Below are positions 22,766 through 32,998 of a stretch of DNA of 64,000 bases, piece by piece. Source of the stretch: an uncultured Planctomycetaceae bacterium (GTDB taxonomy: Bacteria; Planctomycetota; Planctomycetia; Planctomycetales; Planctomycetaceae); contig CAWFAK010000005.1 in NCBI GenBank assembly GCA_963813715.1, forward strand, positions 1,344,001 to 1,408,000, in the 5' to 3' direction. The notes beneath the pieces are model-generated. The model saw nothing but the letters and a program-made list of their open reading frames with translations. It was not told where the DNA came from and ran no database searches. How positions within the stretch are numbered: position 1 is the stretch's first letter; each line of letters opens with the position of its first letter. The position numbers were made by a program, and so were the translations under genes.

Positions 22766-24108
22766 GTGATCTTCGGCTTCGGCAAAAAGAAAAACCAAAG
22801 TGAAGGCAGCGATGCCGACGTGGACGAAGTCGAGGACGTCGATTTCGTTCTTTTTCAGGGCGCGCTCAACGGGAAGGAAGCCAATCTCAACGCGCACGCC
22901 CGCCTTGCCGAAGCCGGGCTGATTCCCGCTAAGGAGATCATCACCGACTCCATCAGCCGACGCTGCGAGCAGCTGCGGATCGAGCCCAAGGGTGAGCGCA
23001 CCGTCGTCCAAATGGTGGTCGACGGTCTGGCCCACGCGGGCGGCCGACTCTCCAAGCCGCAGGCCCATGCCATCACCCAGATGATGAAGCTACTCGCCGG
23101 CCTGGACGTGCAGCAGCGTCAGCGGCCTCAGGCGGGCGGTCTTCGCGCGGAATTGGCCGGGACGAAATACCTGCTGCAAGTCCTGACGACTCCCCTCCAG
23201 ACCGGCGGCGAGCGGCTGATCGTCAAGATTCGCAATCTCGCTCTGGCTCCCAAATCCCCCGAGGACGTTGGCTTCTCGCGCGAATTAAAGGAGCGTATTC
23301 GGGAGCTGGCGTCAGAGAAACGGGGCATCTTCCTGATCTGCGGCGGTCCCGGTTCGGGAGTTTCCACCACCACGTTTGGCGTCCTGCGAAGCCTGGATGC
23401 CTATCAGTACACCGTCTTCACCTTGGGGGACACGCAGGGCTGGGAACTCCCCAATCTGACCAAACCGGAACGGAATGACGGCGACACGCTTGATGTGCTG
23501 TTTGAGCGAATGATCCGCTCGGAGGCGGACGTCATTTTCGTCGATCCGCTCCGCAATGCCGACACGGCACAGACCCTGGCGAAGTTCCAGACCAAAGCCA
23601 CTTTCATCACCGAGTTTCCCGCCGCGGACGCGATCAATGGAATCGCCCAGTTCGCCAAGCTCCTCGGCGATAACCGGGCCGCTGCCGATTCGTTGCTCGC
23701 CACGATGAGCCAGCGATTGATCCGCACGCTCTGCAAAGACTGCCGGTTGGCCTACCGCCCCAATCCCAAGATCCTGGCGAAGATTGGGCTGCCGCCGGAG
23801 ACAAAAACGCTGTATCGCGCCCCTCCGCCCCCGTAGCCGACGAAAAATCGGGCGAGTCGGCCGAGTTCTCCGTCTGCGACACGTGCGGCGGCACCGGCTA
23901 CCTGGGACGCACGGCCATGTTCGAGCTGGTCGAGATCACCGAGGCGATGCGACAGGCGGTAGCCGCTGGCAAAGGTCCCGCGGACCTGAAGGTCCTCTCT
24001 CGCAAGGAAGGTAAATTCAGTCTGCACCAGGAGGGACTGAAGCTGGTGATCGAGGGAAAGACCTCGCTGGAAGAATTGCAGCGAGTCTTTCAGCCCAAAA
24101 AGACCTGA
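22766..24108 (+). CDS. PulE/PilB-like secretion ATPase homolog with degenerate catalytic motifs (frameshift near 23830)
   Basis: R.PQ.G, GERL, SQRLIR.LCKDC, then CDTCGGTGYLGR..MFEL...G.TSLEE.QRV in the next frame. Confidence 0.8.
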
Positions 24109-24422
24109 TCGCAGCCTGTGTATTCGACCAAAGCGCGTTCGCCCTCGCCTGTTCTTCGACTTCCCGGCGGGGCCTGCATTTTCCCCATCTTGCCGCACCC
24201 AATTCCGTCCAAATCGCGGTAACGGAAAAGTTCGCCAAACCGGGTCAAATTTCGCCGATTGTGCCGTAGATTCCGGTCGTAGCGATCCGATCTATTCATA
24301 AGGCATGGGTCCCCCGGACCCGTGACCCGATTGCGTCGGCACACCGTAAAGGGAGCGGCGACCGTCGCGACCGTGTGAAGGACAGTGCGACGGATCGGGG
24401 AGGCCGAAAAACGGAGTCTTGC

Positions 24423-24725
24423 ATGAAAGCCCTGAAGTTTGCGAATGCTTCCTGGCTGGGTCTCGGCGCGGCGGCCCTGATCACGGTTGTCGCCAGCGCG
24501 GGCTGCCAGACCACGGTTGGCGGACAGGTACTGCCGTCAGCCTATTACCTGCAAGATGACGTCCAGTACTTCCCGGCCGGACCACAAGACAAGCTCTTCG
24601 CCGAAAGACGAGCGCTCGAGCAGTACAAGGCGGGCCAGACGGAGGAGACCGGTCCGCCGGTCGCTTCACCTCAACCGGCTCCGCCGGGCGGCGGTGCGGC
24701 GGCTCCTGCGCCTGCCAATCCCTAA
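24423..24725 (+). CDS. small lipoprotein of unknown function
   Basis: Lipobox SAGC, GGQVLPSAYYLQDDVQYFPAGP core, Pro/Ala tail. Confidence 0.75.
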   Translation: MKALKFANASWLGLGAAALITVVASAGCQTTVGGQVLPSAYYLQDDVQYFPAGPQDKLFAERRALEQYKAGQTEETGPPVASPQPAPPGGGAAAPAPANP

Positions 24726-24998
24726 ACTGCTCTGTTGAGTTTTTACCGATCCCCTCGCGAGACGTCCGCGTTCATTCATTTGACTCGTCGGTAGCGATTT
24801 TGCGTGCGGCGGGCTGTCCGAGAGATTGGCCTGCCTGTCGTCAGGGGGGACGCTGCCTTTCGCGGTCGAAGAGCTCCCGCGCTGCGCTTAAAGCGTGCAA
24901 CGGGGACTCCTCGACTCGCGAAAGGTTTTTTTCGTTTGTGGGCGGCCAAGATTCGCGAGAGCCTCTCCGCGTCGCCGCCCAATCACCTGGTGGGCTGT

Positions 24999-26747
24999 TT
25001 ACAGCCGCTTGGCCAGTCGCTTCGTCAGCCGGACCAGGGCCGGGCTGACGTCGTCGGGCTCGAGGTGGATATTGAGCAGACTGAAGGCGTCCTTGTTTTC
25101 GAGCGCTGCCTTGAGTGACTGATCCAGCTCGACCTCCGTGCGAATCTCGAACCCCCATCCGCCCCGGAACAGATCGGGCAGGCGGTGGTAGTTCCAGAGT
25201 GGAATGTCGTTGAAGGGCCCGTCCTGCAGGAACCGCTCGGTCGTATAGCCCCGGTTGTTGAGCACCAGTACCACGGGGTTGAATCCGAGCGAACAGGCCG
25301 TCGACAGTTCCATGCAGGTCATCTGAAACGCCCCGTCGCCCACGAGCACGATCGGCCGCAGCTTGGCGTTGGCCACCTGCACGCCGACCGCGGCCGGCAT
25401 CGCAAAGCCCATCGACGTGTAATACGCGGGGGCCAAAAACTCCGTGTGCTGATGGATCGTCAGGTCCGAGGCGGCAAACAGCGAATCGCCGACGTCGGCC
25501 ACCACGACCATGTTGTCCCCCAGCGTCTGGTTGATCCGCTGGAAGAGGCGCTTCATCGTGATCTTCGTGTCGGCCTTGGGCACGAAGGGCTCGGCTTCGA
25601 CCGACTTATCGAGCACCGGCGGCTTGCGGGCTGTTTTGTGTTCGGCCTTGGCCAGCTTCTTGACGAAATCGGACAACAGCACGTCGTGGAAGTGATGGTG
25701 CTGAATCCGCAGCTTCTCGCTGGTGACGTAAATGCACTTGGCCGGATCGAGGTGGGCGGTGTAAATGCCCAGATTGATGTCGGTCATGAAGGTGCCCAGG
25801 AGCACGACGCAGTCGCTCTCCTCGACGTAGCGACGGACCGATTCCCGCCCCATCGCCCCTTCGTAAACCCCCAGATAGAGCGGATGCCGCTCGCTCACGA
25901 CCGACTTGCCCAATAGAGTCGCGCACATGGGGATCTGGTTCCGCTCGGCCAGGCGGATGACTTCTTCCCGCAGGCCGAAGCGATGGATCTCGACGCCGGC
26001 GATGATCACCGGGCACTCGGCCGCGTTGATCAGCCGTGCCGCGTCGTCGACGGCCTCTTTCAAGGCTTGTTTGTCGCTGATCGGCTTTTCGGTGGGAGCG
26101 TGATAGGGGTAAAGGGCCCGGCTGTGCACGCGGTCACGAGGCAACTCCAGGTAGACGGGCCGCTTGTACCGGTCGGCCGCTTCGAGGCACCGATCGATCT
26201 CGCGAAAAGCGGTCAGCGGGTCGTCCAGCAGGGCCGAGGCGACGGTGATCTTCTCGAAAACCTCTCGCTGCGTGTTGAAGTCCCGCACGCGATGGTGCAA
26301 GAGCGGGTCGGAACGACGCTCATCGATCCCGGGGGCACCACTGATCACGATGACGGGTGATTTTTCGGCGTAAGCTCCCGCGATCGAATTGGCCAGGCTC
26401 AGTCCGCCGACACAGTAGGTGACGCAGACGGCCCCCATCCCGTTGACGCGGGCGTATCCATCGGCCGCATACCCGGCACAATCTTCCCGCCGCGTTCCCA
26501 CGACGCGGATCGGGCTCTCTTGCAGCATTCCGTAGAACTGCAGCACGAAATCGCCGGGGATGCCGAAGACGTCGTGGATGCCGTAATCCTGCAGCCGCTG
26601 GATGATGTACTCGCCGATCGTCGGGAACTTGCCGTTCGGCTTGGCCGGCTGCGGGGCCGTCGCGCGGGCCGCGCGTGTCCCATTCCGCTGGGGGGGCTGA
26701 TTCGATCGCGACTTCGATTCGCTGACACGCCGTCCACGGACTGCCAT
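24999..26747 (-). CDS. ThDP-dependent alpha-keto acid decarboxylase (indole-/phenylpyruvate decarboxylase family)
   Basis: [22 protein letters not shown] and GDGAFQMT...NNRGY (ThDP-binding) motifs. Confidence 0.9.
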   Translation of the reverse strand: MAVRGRRVSESKSRSNQPPQRNGTRAARATAPQPAKPNGKFPTIGEYIIQRLQDYGIHDVFGIPGDFVLQFYGMLQESPIRVVGTRREDCAGYAADGYARVNGMGAVCVTYCVGGLSLANSIAGAYAEKSPVIVISGAPGIDERRSDPLLHHRVRDFNTQREVFEKITVASALLDDPLTAFREIDRCLEAADRYKRPVYLELPRDRVHSRALYPYHAPTEKPISDKQALKEAVDDAARLINAAECPVIIAGVEIHRFGLREEVIRLAERNQIPMCATLLGKSVVSERHPLYLGVYEGAMGRESVRRYVEESDCVVLLGTFMTDINLGIYTAHLDPAKCIYVTSEKLRIQHHHFHDVLLSDFVKKLAKAEHKTARKPPVLDKSVEAEPFVPKADTKITMKRLFQRINQTLGDNMVVVADVGDSLFAASDLTIHQHTEFLAPAYYTSMGFAMPAAVGVQVANAKLRPIVLVGDGAFQMTCMELSTACSLGFNPVVLVLNNRGYTTERFLQDGPFNDIPLWNYHRLPDLFRGGWGFEIRTEVELDQSLKAALENKDAFSLLNIHLEPDDVSPALVRLTKRLAKRL

Positions 26748-26892
26748 TCTGGTTCTCCTGCTGACGTTCGCCAGGCGTTGAGCGGTCGTGTTTCGAGTCC
26801 GCCGCGAGAGTTCTCGGAGAGGGAGGCGGGGACCGCCGCGATCTGAGTGCCGGTCAGCCCTGAATTCTTCAATCTGGCACGCGCCAGGTCAA

Positions 26893-28140
26893 TCAACTTC
26901 GCGACCGGGCCTCAACACAGACAGAGGCTCCCCTCCGCAGACACGCGTCGATCACGCTTTGCACGCAGGCCAGGGGCATTCCCAGCCAATAAGCCGCCAG
27001 GAAAAGGAGCCGTCCCCGACGGCCGCTGATCGGCAGGTGATCATCGCGCCGTTTAAGCAGCGAATAGAGCCCGTTTCGCGGCAGGCGGGACAGGCAATTC
27101 AAGGCACTTTGTACCCAACCGAACGGATTCTGCCGCAGCGAAAAGTGATGTTCCCGCTCGATATCAAAACCCGTCGATGCGAGTAATTGTCGCAGCCCCT
27201 CGGCCGGAAAATGGAACAAGTGCCGTGGCGGATCGAGGTGAAACCATCGCGCTCCCGAGCAGCGGGCTTGCAGGCTGCTGTAGTTGGGCACGGCCACCAC
27301 CAGTCGCCCGCCCGGTTTGAGAAGGCGACGAATCTCTTGCAGAGTTTCGCGTGGATCAGGCAGATGCTCCAAGACGTGCCAGATGATCACCTGATCGAAA
27401 TAGGCCGACGGGTACTCTGCCTCGCGCAGACTCTTGCCCACTCGAACGACGGCTCGGGGATCGACGCCGGCCGCGGCTGAGGCGCTCATCTCGAAGCCGT
27501 GTGCCTCGAAACCGCGACGAGCCAACCCCGAAAGCAACACACCCCGTCCGCAGCCGACGTCGAGCACTCGTGCGGCCGGCCGCAGACCGCGCGACAAGGC
27601 CCGGACGTGCCGCGCCCCCACCAGTCGCACGAGCGCCTCAATCAGCGGAACGAACTTCGCCCCAGTGACGCCATAGTAACTCGGAGGATAAAACTGCGCG
27701 ATGAGTTCCGCGTCGGGCCGCGGGTGCACGCGCCCAAGTCCGCACTGTGTGCAGTCGACGATCCGCAGCCCGACCCCCGGCAGCGCGAAGCGGGCCCGCG
27801 CCCATTCGCTCTCGCAAACGGGACACGCGTCAACGGTAACCAAGTGACGCTCGGCCGCCGGTAACTTCTGCACCGCGCACTCGAGGCTGAAGTCCGGCCG
27901 CCCTTCGACTGCGGGGGCCACAGGTGCGGGCGGCACTCGCCGCAGATGGGCGACGACTTCCGCCGCATCGATTTCGCCAGGAGCCGGGCCCGCATAAGTG
28001 GCGGTCGCGCGACGTAACTCCGCGGCCAACTCTAAAGCAACGGCGATGGCGGATTCGTCGAATTCCGTGGTCGCCAGACTGCCGGATGACCGGTCGTCCG
28101 ATCGTTGGGTCCGCGCCAGCGAATGGTCGTCGATATCCAT
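26893..28140 (-). CDS. class I SAM-dependent methyltransferase with an N-terminal Cys4 zinc motif
   Basis: CPVC...CTQC, VLDVGCGRG, WHVLEH.PDP, LKPGG and PRHLFHF motifs. Start uncertain. Confidence 0.85.
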   Translation of the reverse strand: MDIDDHSLARTQRSDDRSSGSLATTEFDESAIAVALELAAELRRATATYAGPAPGEIDAAEVVAHLRRVPPAPVAPAVEGRPDFSLECAVQKLPAAERHLVTVDACPVCESEWARARFALPGVGLRIVDCTQCGLGRVHPRPDAELIAQFYPPSYYGVTGAKFVPLIEALVRLVGARHVRALSRGLRPAARVLDVGCGRGVLLSGLARRGFEAHGFEMSASAAAGVDPRAVVRVGKSLREAEYPSAYFDQVIIWHVLEHLPDPRETLQEIRRLLKPGGRLVVAVPNYSSLQARCSGARWFHLDPPRHLFHFPAEGLRQLLASTGFDIEREHHFSLRQNPFGWVQSALNCLSRLPRNGLYSLLKRRDDHLPISGRRGRLLFLAAYWLGMPLACVQSVIDACLRRGASVCVEARSRS

Positions 28141-28434
28141 AGGCTTCCCGAGGAGAAAGGAGTCCAAGGGAAACCTAGGTCATTGCTGCGGGCGGCCGGA
28201 AAATCTTTCCAAGTTTGCCCGCTCACCTTGAGCCGCTAGAAACTGCCGATCCTTCGCTGTGTGGCGAAGTTAAGCCGTCGCGCGCAACCCATTGCGCAAT
28301 CGCCACATCCGGCATTTCCGGAAAATCAGGAAAAACCGCTAAAGTTTTCCAGTTTCGCTGCCGATAAAGGGATGAGAGGCAAGATGCCTTCACGTCAGGC
28401 CCATTCCCTTCGAGCCTAGTCAGGGACGATACCC

Positions 28435-29196
28435 ATGAGACGGATCTTCTTGGCCGCCCTCGCTGCAGTCGCGATGCCGGCACTCGTCGGTTGCTGCTGC
28501 TGTCAGACCTATTACGATCCGATGGCCTGCGGCGGCTGCAATTCCGGTTGCTGCAATGGCGGCTGTGGGTACGGCGGCGGCTACGGTGGCTGTGGCGGAT
28601 GCGGCTGGGGAGCCGGCGGATGCGGCTACGGCGGCGGATGCGGCTACAACGGCGGATGCGGCTGCGGCGGGTGTAGTCCGTGCGGCGACGGCGGTTGCGG
28701 GCCCGGCTACGGGTGTGGCGGTGGTGGCGGATGCGGCTGCTGCATCCTGAGCCCCGTCTGCTGCCTGCTCCATCACATCCTTTGCCCCTGTGAATGGTTC
28801 AGTGGCTGCGGCCACAGCGGATGTGGATACGGCTACGGCGGCTACGGTTGCGGATACGGCGGTTGTGGCGGTCAGTGCTTCAACGGCTGCTGCGATCCGG
28901 GCACTGTGTTCGCTGACGGCGGCTGCGGCTGTGGCGGCACTTGCGGTGGTGGTTGTGGCGGCTGCTACGGTGGCTGTGGCCAACCGATGATGACGTCCGG
29001 TTACATGGGTGGCGGTTGCTCGAGCTGTGGCGCAGGTCCGGGACCGACTCCGGCCGTGGTGCCCGGTCCGGCTCCGGGGCCGGCTTCGTCCGCTCCTCCG
29101 ACCACGATGTACAATCCGTCGCCCATGATGCAGGGGACGCCCACCACGATGATGGACATGCGGAATTCCATGGCGACGATGCCCGCTCGTTACTAA
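28435..29196 (+). CDS. Cys/Gly-rich lipoprotein
   Basis: Signal peptide ending ALVG-CCCC, about 41 Cys in 253 aa in GGC/GCG/GYG units, Pro/Met-rich tail, SD-like AGGGA upstream. Confidence 0.8.
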   Translation: MRRIFLAALAAVAMPALVGCCCCQTYYDPMACGGCNSGCCNGGCGYGGGYGGCGGCGWGAGGCGYGGGCGYNGGCGCGGCSPCGDGGCGPGYGCGGGGGCGCCILSPVCCLLHHILCPCEWFSGCGHSGCGYGYGGYGCGYGGCGGQCFNGCCDPGTVFADGGCGCGGTCGGGCGGCYGGCGQPMMTSGYMGGGCSSCGAGPGPTPAVVPGPAPGPASSAPPTTMYNPSPMMQGTPTTMMDMRNSMATMPARY

Positions 29197-29349
29197 CCGG
29201 CTGACAATCGCGGCCCGATTGCGGGCCCGATCGTCCGGTCGATGCCAGTCCGCCGGTCTACAATGTGGCTCATGAGGACGAATCCGACGATCCAAGGTCG
29301 CGGGCGGCAGTTGCCGCTCGCGGCCGCGTCTTTTGATGGGATGTGAGCG

Positions 29350-30129
29350 ATGGTCGTCGCCGCCATCGATCGAGTTTCGCCCACCAGGCGTCCCGGCACA
29401 CGGATCGCCGGCTACCAAACGTGGCGCAACCTGCTCTTCTTGCACTGGCGGATTTCGCCCGCCGACGCGCGGGCCTCGGTCCCCGATTGGCTGAGCATCG
29501 ATACGTTCGATGGCAGTGCCTGGATGGGGCTGGTTCTGTTCTCGATGTCGGGCGTGCGTCCCTGGTGGTCGCCGTCCGTCCCGGGCATCTCGGCTTTCCC
29601 AGAGACGAATGTGCGGACCTACGTTCATTTGAACGGCAGCGAGCCAGGGGTCTGGTTTCTCAGTCTCGACGCCGGCGGCTCGTTCGGCGCACGGCTGGGT
29701 CGCTCGAGATGGGGTCTTCCGTATCACCACTCGGCAATGAAAGTCCGACGCCGCGGATCGCTGATCCGTTACGACTGCGAACGCCTGTGGCCTGGGAAGA
29801 CGGGCGTCGGCGGACGCGTCGAAGCCGAGATCGGCGACCTCTATTGCGGATTGCAAAGGAGCGTGGAAGGCGGACACGTCGTCCCCGGTTCGCTCGAACA
29901 CTTTCTCATCGAGCGCTACATCATGTATGTGCAGAAGGGTGACGAATTGCTCTGCGGACACGTGCACCACGTCCCCTATCCCCTCCGCGAGGCGAAGGTC
30001 ACGTTTGCCGAGCAGACGTTCTTGAGCGACCTGGGCCTGCACTGCGACCGTCCGCCCGATCACGTCCTTTTCAGCGAAGGCGTGTCCGTCGAGGTCTTTT
30101 CGCTGCGACCCATTCTCGGCGAAATTTGA
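29350..30129 (+). CDS. DUF2071 (YqjF) family protein
   Basis: QTWRNLLFLHW, DTFDGSAW, FPETNVRTYV, PGVWFLSLDA and FLIERY motifs. Confidence 0.9.
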   Translation: MVVAAIDRVSPTRRPGTRIAGYQTWRNLLFLHWRISPADARASVPDWLSIDTFDGSAWMGLVLFSMSGVRPWWSPSVPGISAFPETNVRTYVHLNGSEPGVWFLSLDAGGSFGARLGRSRWGLPYHHSAMKVRRRGSLIRYDCERLWPGKTGVGGRVEAEIGDLYCGLQRSVEGGHVVPGSLEHFLIERYIMYVQKGDELLCGHVHHVPYPLREAKVTFAEQTFLSDLGLHCDRPPDHVLFSEGVSVEVFSLRPILGEI

Positions 30130-30238
30130 GAGCGGCGGCCGGCCATCGCACCGTGTAAGATTGCCGGATCGATCTTGGCGCGAAGGTTCATGCGTAACGC
30201 ATTTACCGGGTTGTCGTTTTAGGTCGCGGGGGCACTGA

Positions 30239-30952
30239 ATGGGGACGGAACTCGTCGGCGACGCCATCTATCGGCGGAACGCGCACCGTGTAAGTTTGCA
30301 CCTGGATTCCAAGGAACTCACTCTGCGCGGCGAGCTCAAGCTGACCATCCCGCTCAAGGAGGTCCGGCAGGCCGCCGCGAAGGACGGTCAACTGACGATT
30401 GCCTGGAAGGACGAGAAAATCTCGCTCCTGCTCGGTCCGCAGTCGGCGAGCCTGGCGAAGAAAATCCTCAATCCGCCCGACCTGTTCCAGAAATTGGGCG
30501 TCAAGGCCGAGTCGGCTGTGTCCGTCGTGGGGTTGGACGATCGGACGTTTGTCGAAAGACTGCGGCAGCGGGCCGCCTCCGTCAGCGAGGGAAAGCCGCA
30601 GCCAAAATCGGACATGATCATCGTCCGAGTCGGCAATAGGGCGGAGCTCGATCGCCTGAAGACCCTGCGGTCCACGCTTAAAAGCAACGGGATGATCTGG
30701 GTGCTGTGGCGGAAGGGCCTCAAAGGTCCGAATGACGTCAAAGAGTCGGATGTGATGGCGGCCGCCAAGAAGCATGGTCTGGTCGACGTGAAGGTGGCCT
30801 CGTTCTCCGACGAGTTGAGCGCGCTCAAGCTCGTGATTCCGACCGCACTTCGCGAACCGGCGCCGCGGCCGACCGTCAAACCGGCTGCCACGCGAACGAG
30901 TGCGAACTCAAAAAAGCGGCAAGCTCCGTCGCGTGGAAAACGCCCGTCGTAG
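30239..30952 (+). CDS. DUF3052-like hypothetical protein
   Basis: KLGVK, G.IWV.W.K and GLVDVKVASFS..LSALKLV motifs. Confidence 0.7.
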   Translation: MGTELVGDAIYRRNAHRVSLHLDSKELTLRGELKLTIPLKEVRQAAAKDGQLTIAWKDEKISLLLGPQSASLAKKILNPPDLFQKLGVKAESAVSVVGLDDRTFVERLRQRAASVSEGKPQPKSDMIIVRVGNRAELDRLKTLRSTLKSNGMIWVLWRKGLKGPNDVKESDVMAAAKKHGLVDVKVASFSDELSALKLVIPTALREPAPRPTVKPAATRTSANSKKRQAPSRGKRPS

Positions 30953-31843
30953 CCCCGGTCGCCCGCACGCAACTGGCTCCAAGCGCACTCCCCACGCGGA
31001 CGCACTCAGCCATGTCGCCTCCGTCCAAGAGGGCGTGGACGTAGCCGGCGGCGAAGGCGTCGCCACTGCCCGTCCCGTCGACCAACTCGACAGGGAACCC
31101 GGGCGCCGAAAAACACCGCTGGGCCCGGCGACGACTGTCCCACGCGGCCCGCAGGTAATCACCACCGTCTCGACTCCGGCTGACCGAAACGCGCGGGCCT
31201 GCTCGGCCGCGTCGCGAATTCCCGTGATGGCCCGTGCCTCGTCCTCGTTAGGCAAAAATACGTCGGTCCAAGGCAGCACGGGCTCGAGCATCGGCAGGCA
31301 ATCCTTGCCTTCCGGCACGACCACGTCGAGTACCGTTTTCACACGCCGTTCGCGAGCCGCGCGAAACAGTGCGGTGACACTTTCGGGAGAAGGTCGATTG
31401 TTGAGGCCGTAACCACCCACGTAGACGACGCCCGTTTGCCCGAGCATCTCCAGCGAAATCTCGCTCCCGTCGAGCCTCGCGTTGGCGCCGGGTGCGTGGA
31501 TGAAGCGGCGGTCCTCGCCTTGCACGTTGACGATCATCGAGGTGCTCGTCGCTTCGCCGGGCAGACTGGCAAGATGTTCGACCACCACGCCCGCATTGCG
31601 CAGGGCGTCGCTCACGAACCGGCCGAACGCATCGTCGCCGACGCAGCCGACCACTGCCGCCTTGCGTCCGACACGGACCAGATCGACGGCCACGTTAGCC
31701 GCACAGCCGCCGATGCTCAGATGCGTCCGAGGCGTGAGGACCAGCTCACCGGGCTTGGGCAGACTCGCAATCGGGTCGCAGACGTGATCGGCGACCACGA
31801 TTCCCAGGCACAAGCAATCGAAGAGTGAATCCTGTTCGGCCAT
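30876..31843 (-). CDS. PfkB-family carbohydrate kinase (frameshift near 31095)
   Basis: GGCAANVA, VGDDAFG and FLPNEDEA motifs. VDGTGSGDAFAAG is in the 30876..31085 frame. Confidence 0.88.
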
Positions 31844-31903
31844 AGTCCACGAAGATAATCGACAATGCGTGCGACGGTCAGCATCAGCCGCAGCTTATCG
31901 CAA

Positions 31904-32359
31904 TTACTCTTCGCAAGCTCGCAACATGGCTGCGAGCGGCTCCGGATCGGCCAGGCGATGATCGGTGCCGATTTCGATCAGTGCCGACTGGGGGAGGCCG
32001 CTCTTACGGACTAGCTCCTCACTGTCTGCAAAGGCGACCACGTCGTCTCTGCGGGAATGGAGGATCGTCGTCCTAGCTCCGATGGTGCGAGCATCGCCAA
32101 ATCGCTTCCAGGCGGGACAGAGCAACACGAGCGGCGTGTCGCCGGCGTCGACGTTCATCGCCACAGCGCCGCCACGACTGGAGCCGACAATCACATCGGG
32201 ACGATGTTGGTCGCAGGCGGCCTGCGCAATCCGCACGGCCTCGGGAAAATCCTCATCGGGCAACGCCGGATTAATCACCTCGTGCCCGTGGCTGGCGAGA
32301 TAACTTGGCTTCACGCCGCCCGGTACCGACTGCCAGCCGTGGAGGAAGAGGATTTTGAT
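31904..32359 (-). CDS. small alpha/beta hydrolase (YqiA-like)
   Basis: (I)KILFLHGW, GSSRGG nucleophile elbow, HS..DDVV and DHRL. The apparent start codon at 32359 is ATC. Confidence 0.8.
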   Translation of the reverse strand: MKILFLHGWQSVPGGVKPSYLASHGHEVINPALPDEDFPEAVRIAQAACDQHRPDVIVGSSRGGAVAMNVDAGDTPLVLLCPAWKRFGDARTIGARTTILHSRRDDVVAFADSEELVRKSGLPQSALIEIGTDHRLADPEPLAAMLRACEE

Positions 32360-32377
32360 CCGGCCACCCTGCCCTGG

Positions 32378-32998
32378 CTAGGGTTTAGAGGTCAGCAGTT
32401 TTTCGACCAACGGCACGACGTCGTGCGCGTAGGTCAACTCGGGCGTCTTTGGAGTCTGGCTGTTGTCGAAACGATGGGCGAGCTTTCCGCTTTGATCGTA
32501 GACGAAGACAGCCGGCGGACCGCCGAGATGGATCTTATTGAAAAAATCTTCGCTGGCGTCGCTCGAAATCACGTTGAGCAATTCGTTCGCGCCGTGCTTG
32601 GAGAGAAAATCGAGCACCGGTTTGCGGAATGACTCAGGAGGTTCGCGCACGGCTCCCGAATAATCCGTGTCGAACGAGATGCAGCGAACTTTGTCCCCAA
32701 AGTGCTTTTGCAGCGTGACCAGGTTGGGGAATTCGCGGACGCAGGGGTCGCAATAGGTCGACCAGACGTCGAGCACCACGACCTTGCCGCGAAATCCTTC
32801 GCGCCGTTTTTGAGTCTGATCCCAGCTCAGGATTTCGACAGCCGGCGGCTTCGTTGGGACCGAAGTAGCAGGCGACGCGGGGACGGAGTCGCCTCGTGGA
32901 TTCGGTGCTGGCGCCGTCTGCGCGCAGCCGCCGACCCAGACCAGAGCCAGGATCGTGCCGGCAGAAAGTAACCGCGGGCGCACTCCGCTTGCCGCCAA
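32378..32998 (-). CDS. TlpA/ResA-like thiol-disulfide oxidoreductase lipoprotein
   Basis: Lipobox VGGC and KVVVLDVWSTYCDPCVREFP (CxxC). Confidence 0.88.
   Translation of the reverse strand: MAASGVRPRLLSAGTILALVWVGGCAQTAPAPNPRGDSVPASPATSVPTKPPAVEILSWDQTQKRREGFRGKVVVLDVWSTYCDPCVREFPNLVTLQKHFGDKVRCISFDTDYSGAVREPPESFRKPVLDFLSKHGANELLNVISSDASEDFFNKIHLGGPPAVFVYDQSGKLAHRFDNSQTPKTPELTYAHDVVPLVEKLLTSKP

Noticed and set aside
28420..30267. 615-aa minus-strand ORF, and similar long antisense ORFs (539..1642, 38457..39863, 43163..44848, 44967..46394)
   Set aside because: Shadow frames opposite well-supported genes in high-GC DNA, with no recognisable motifs.
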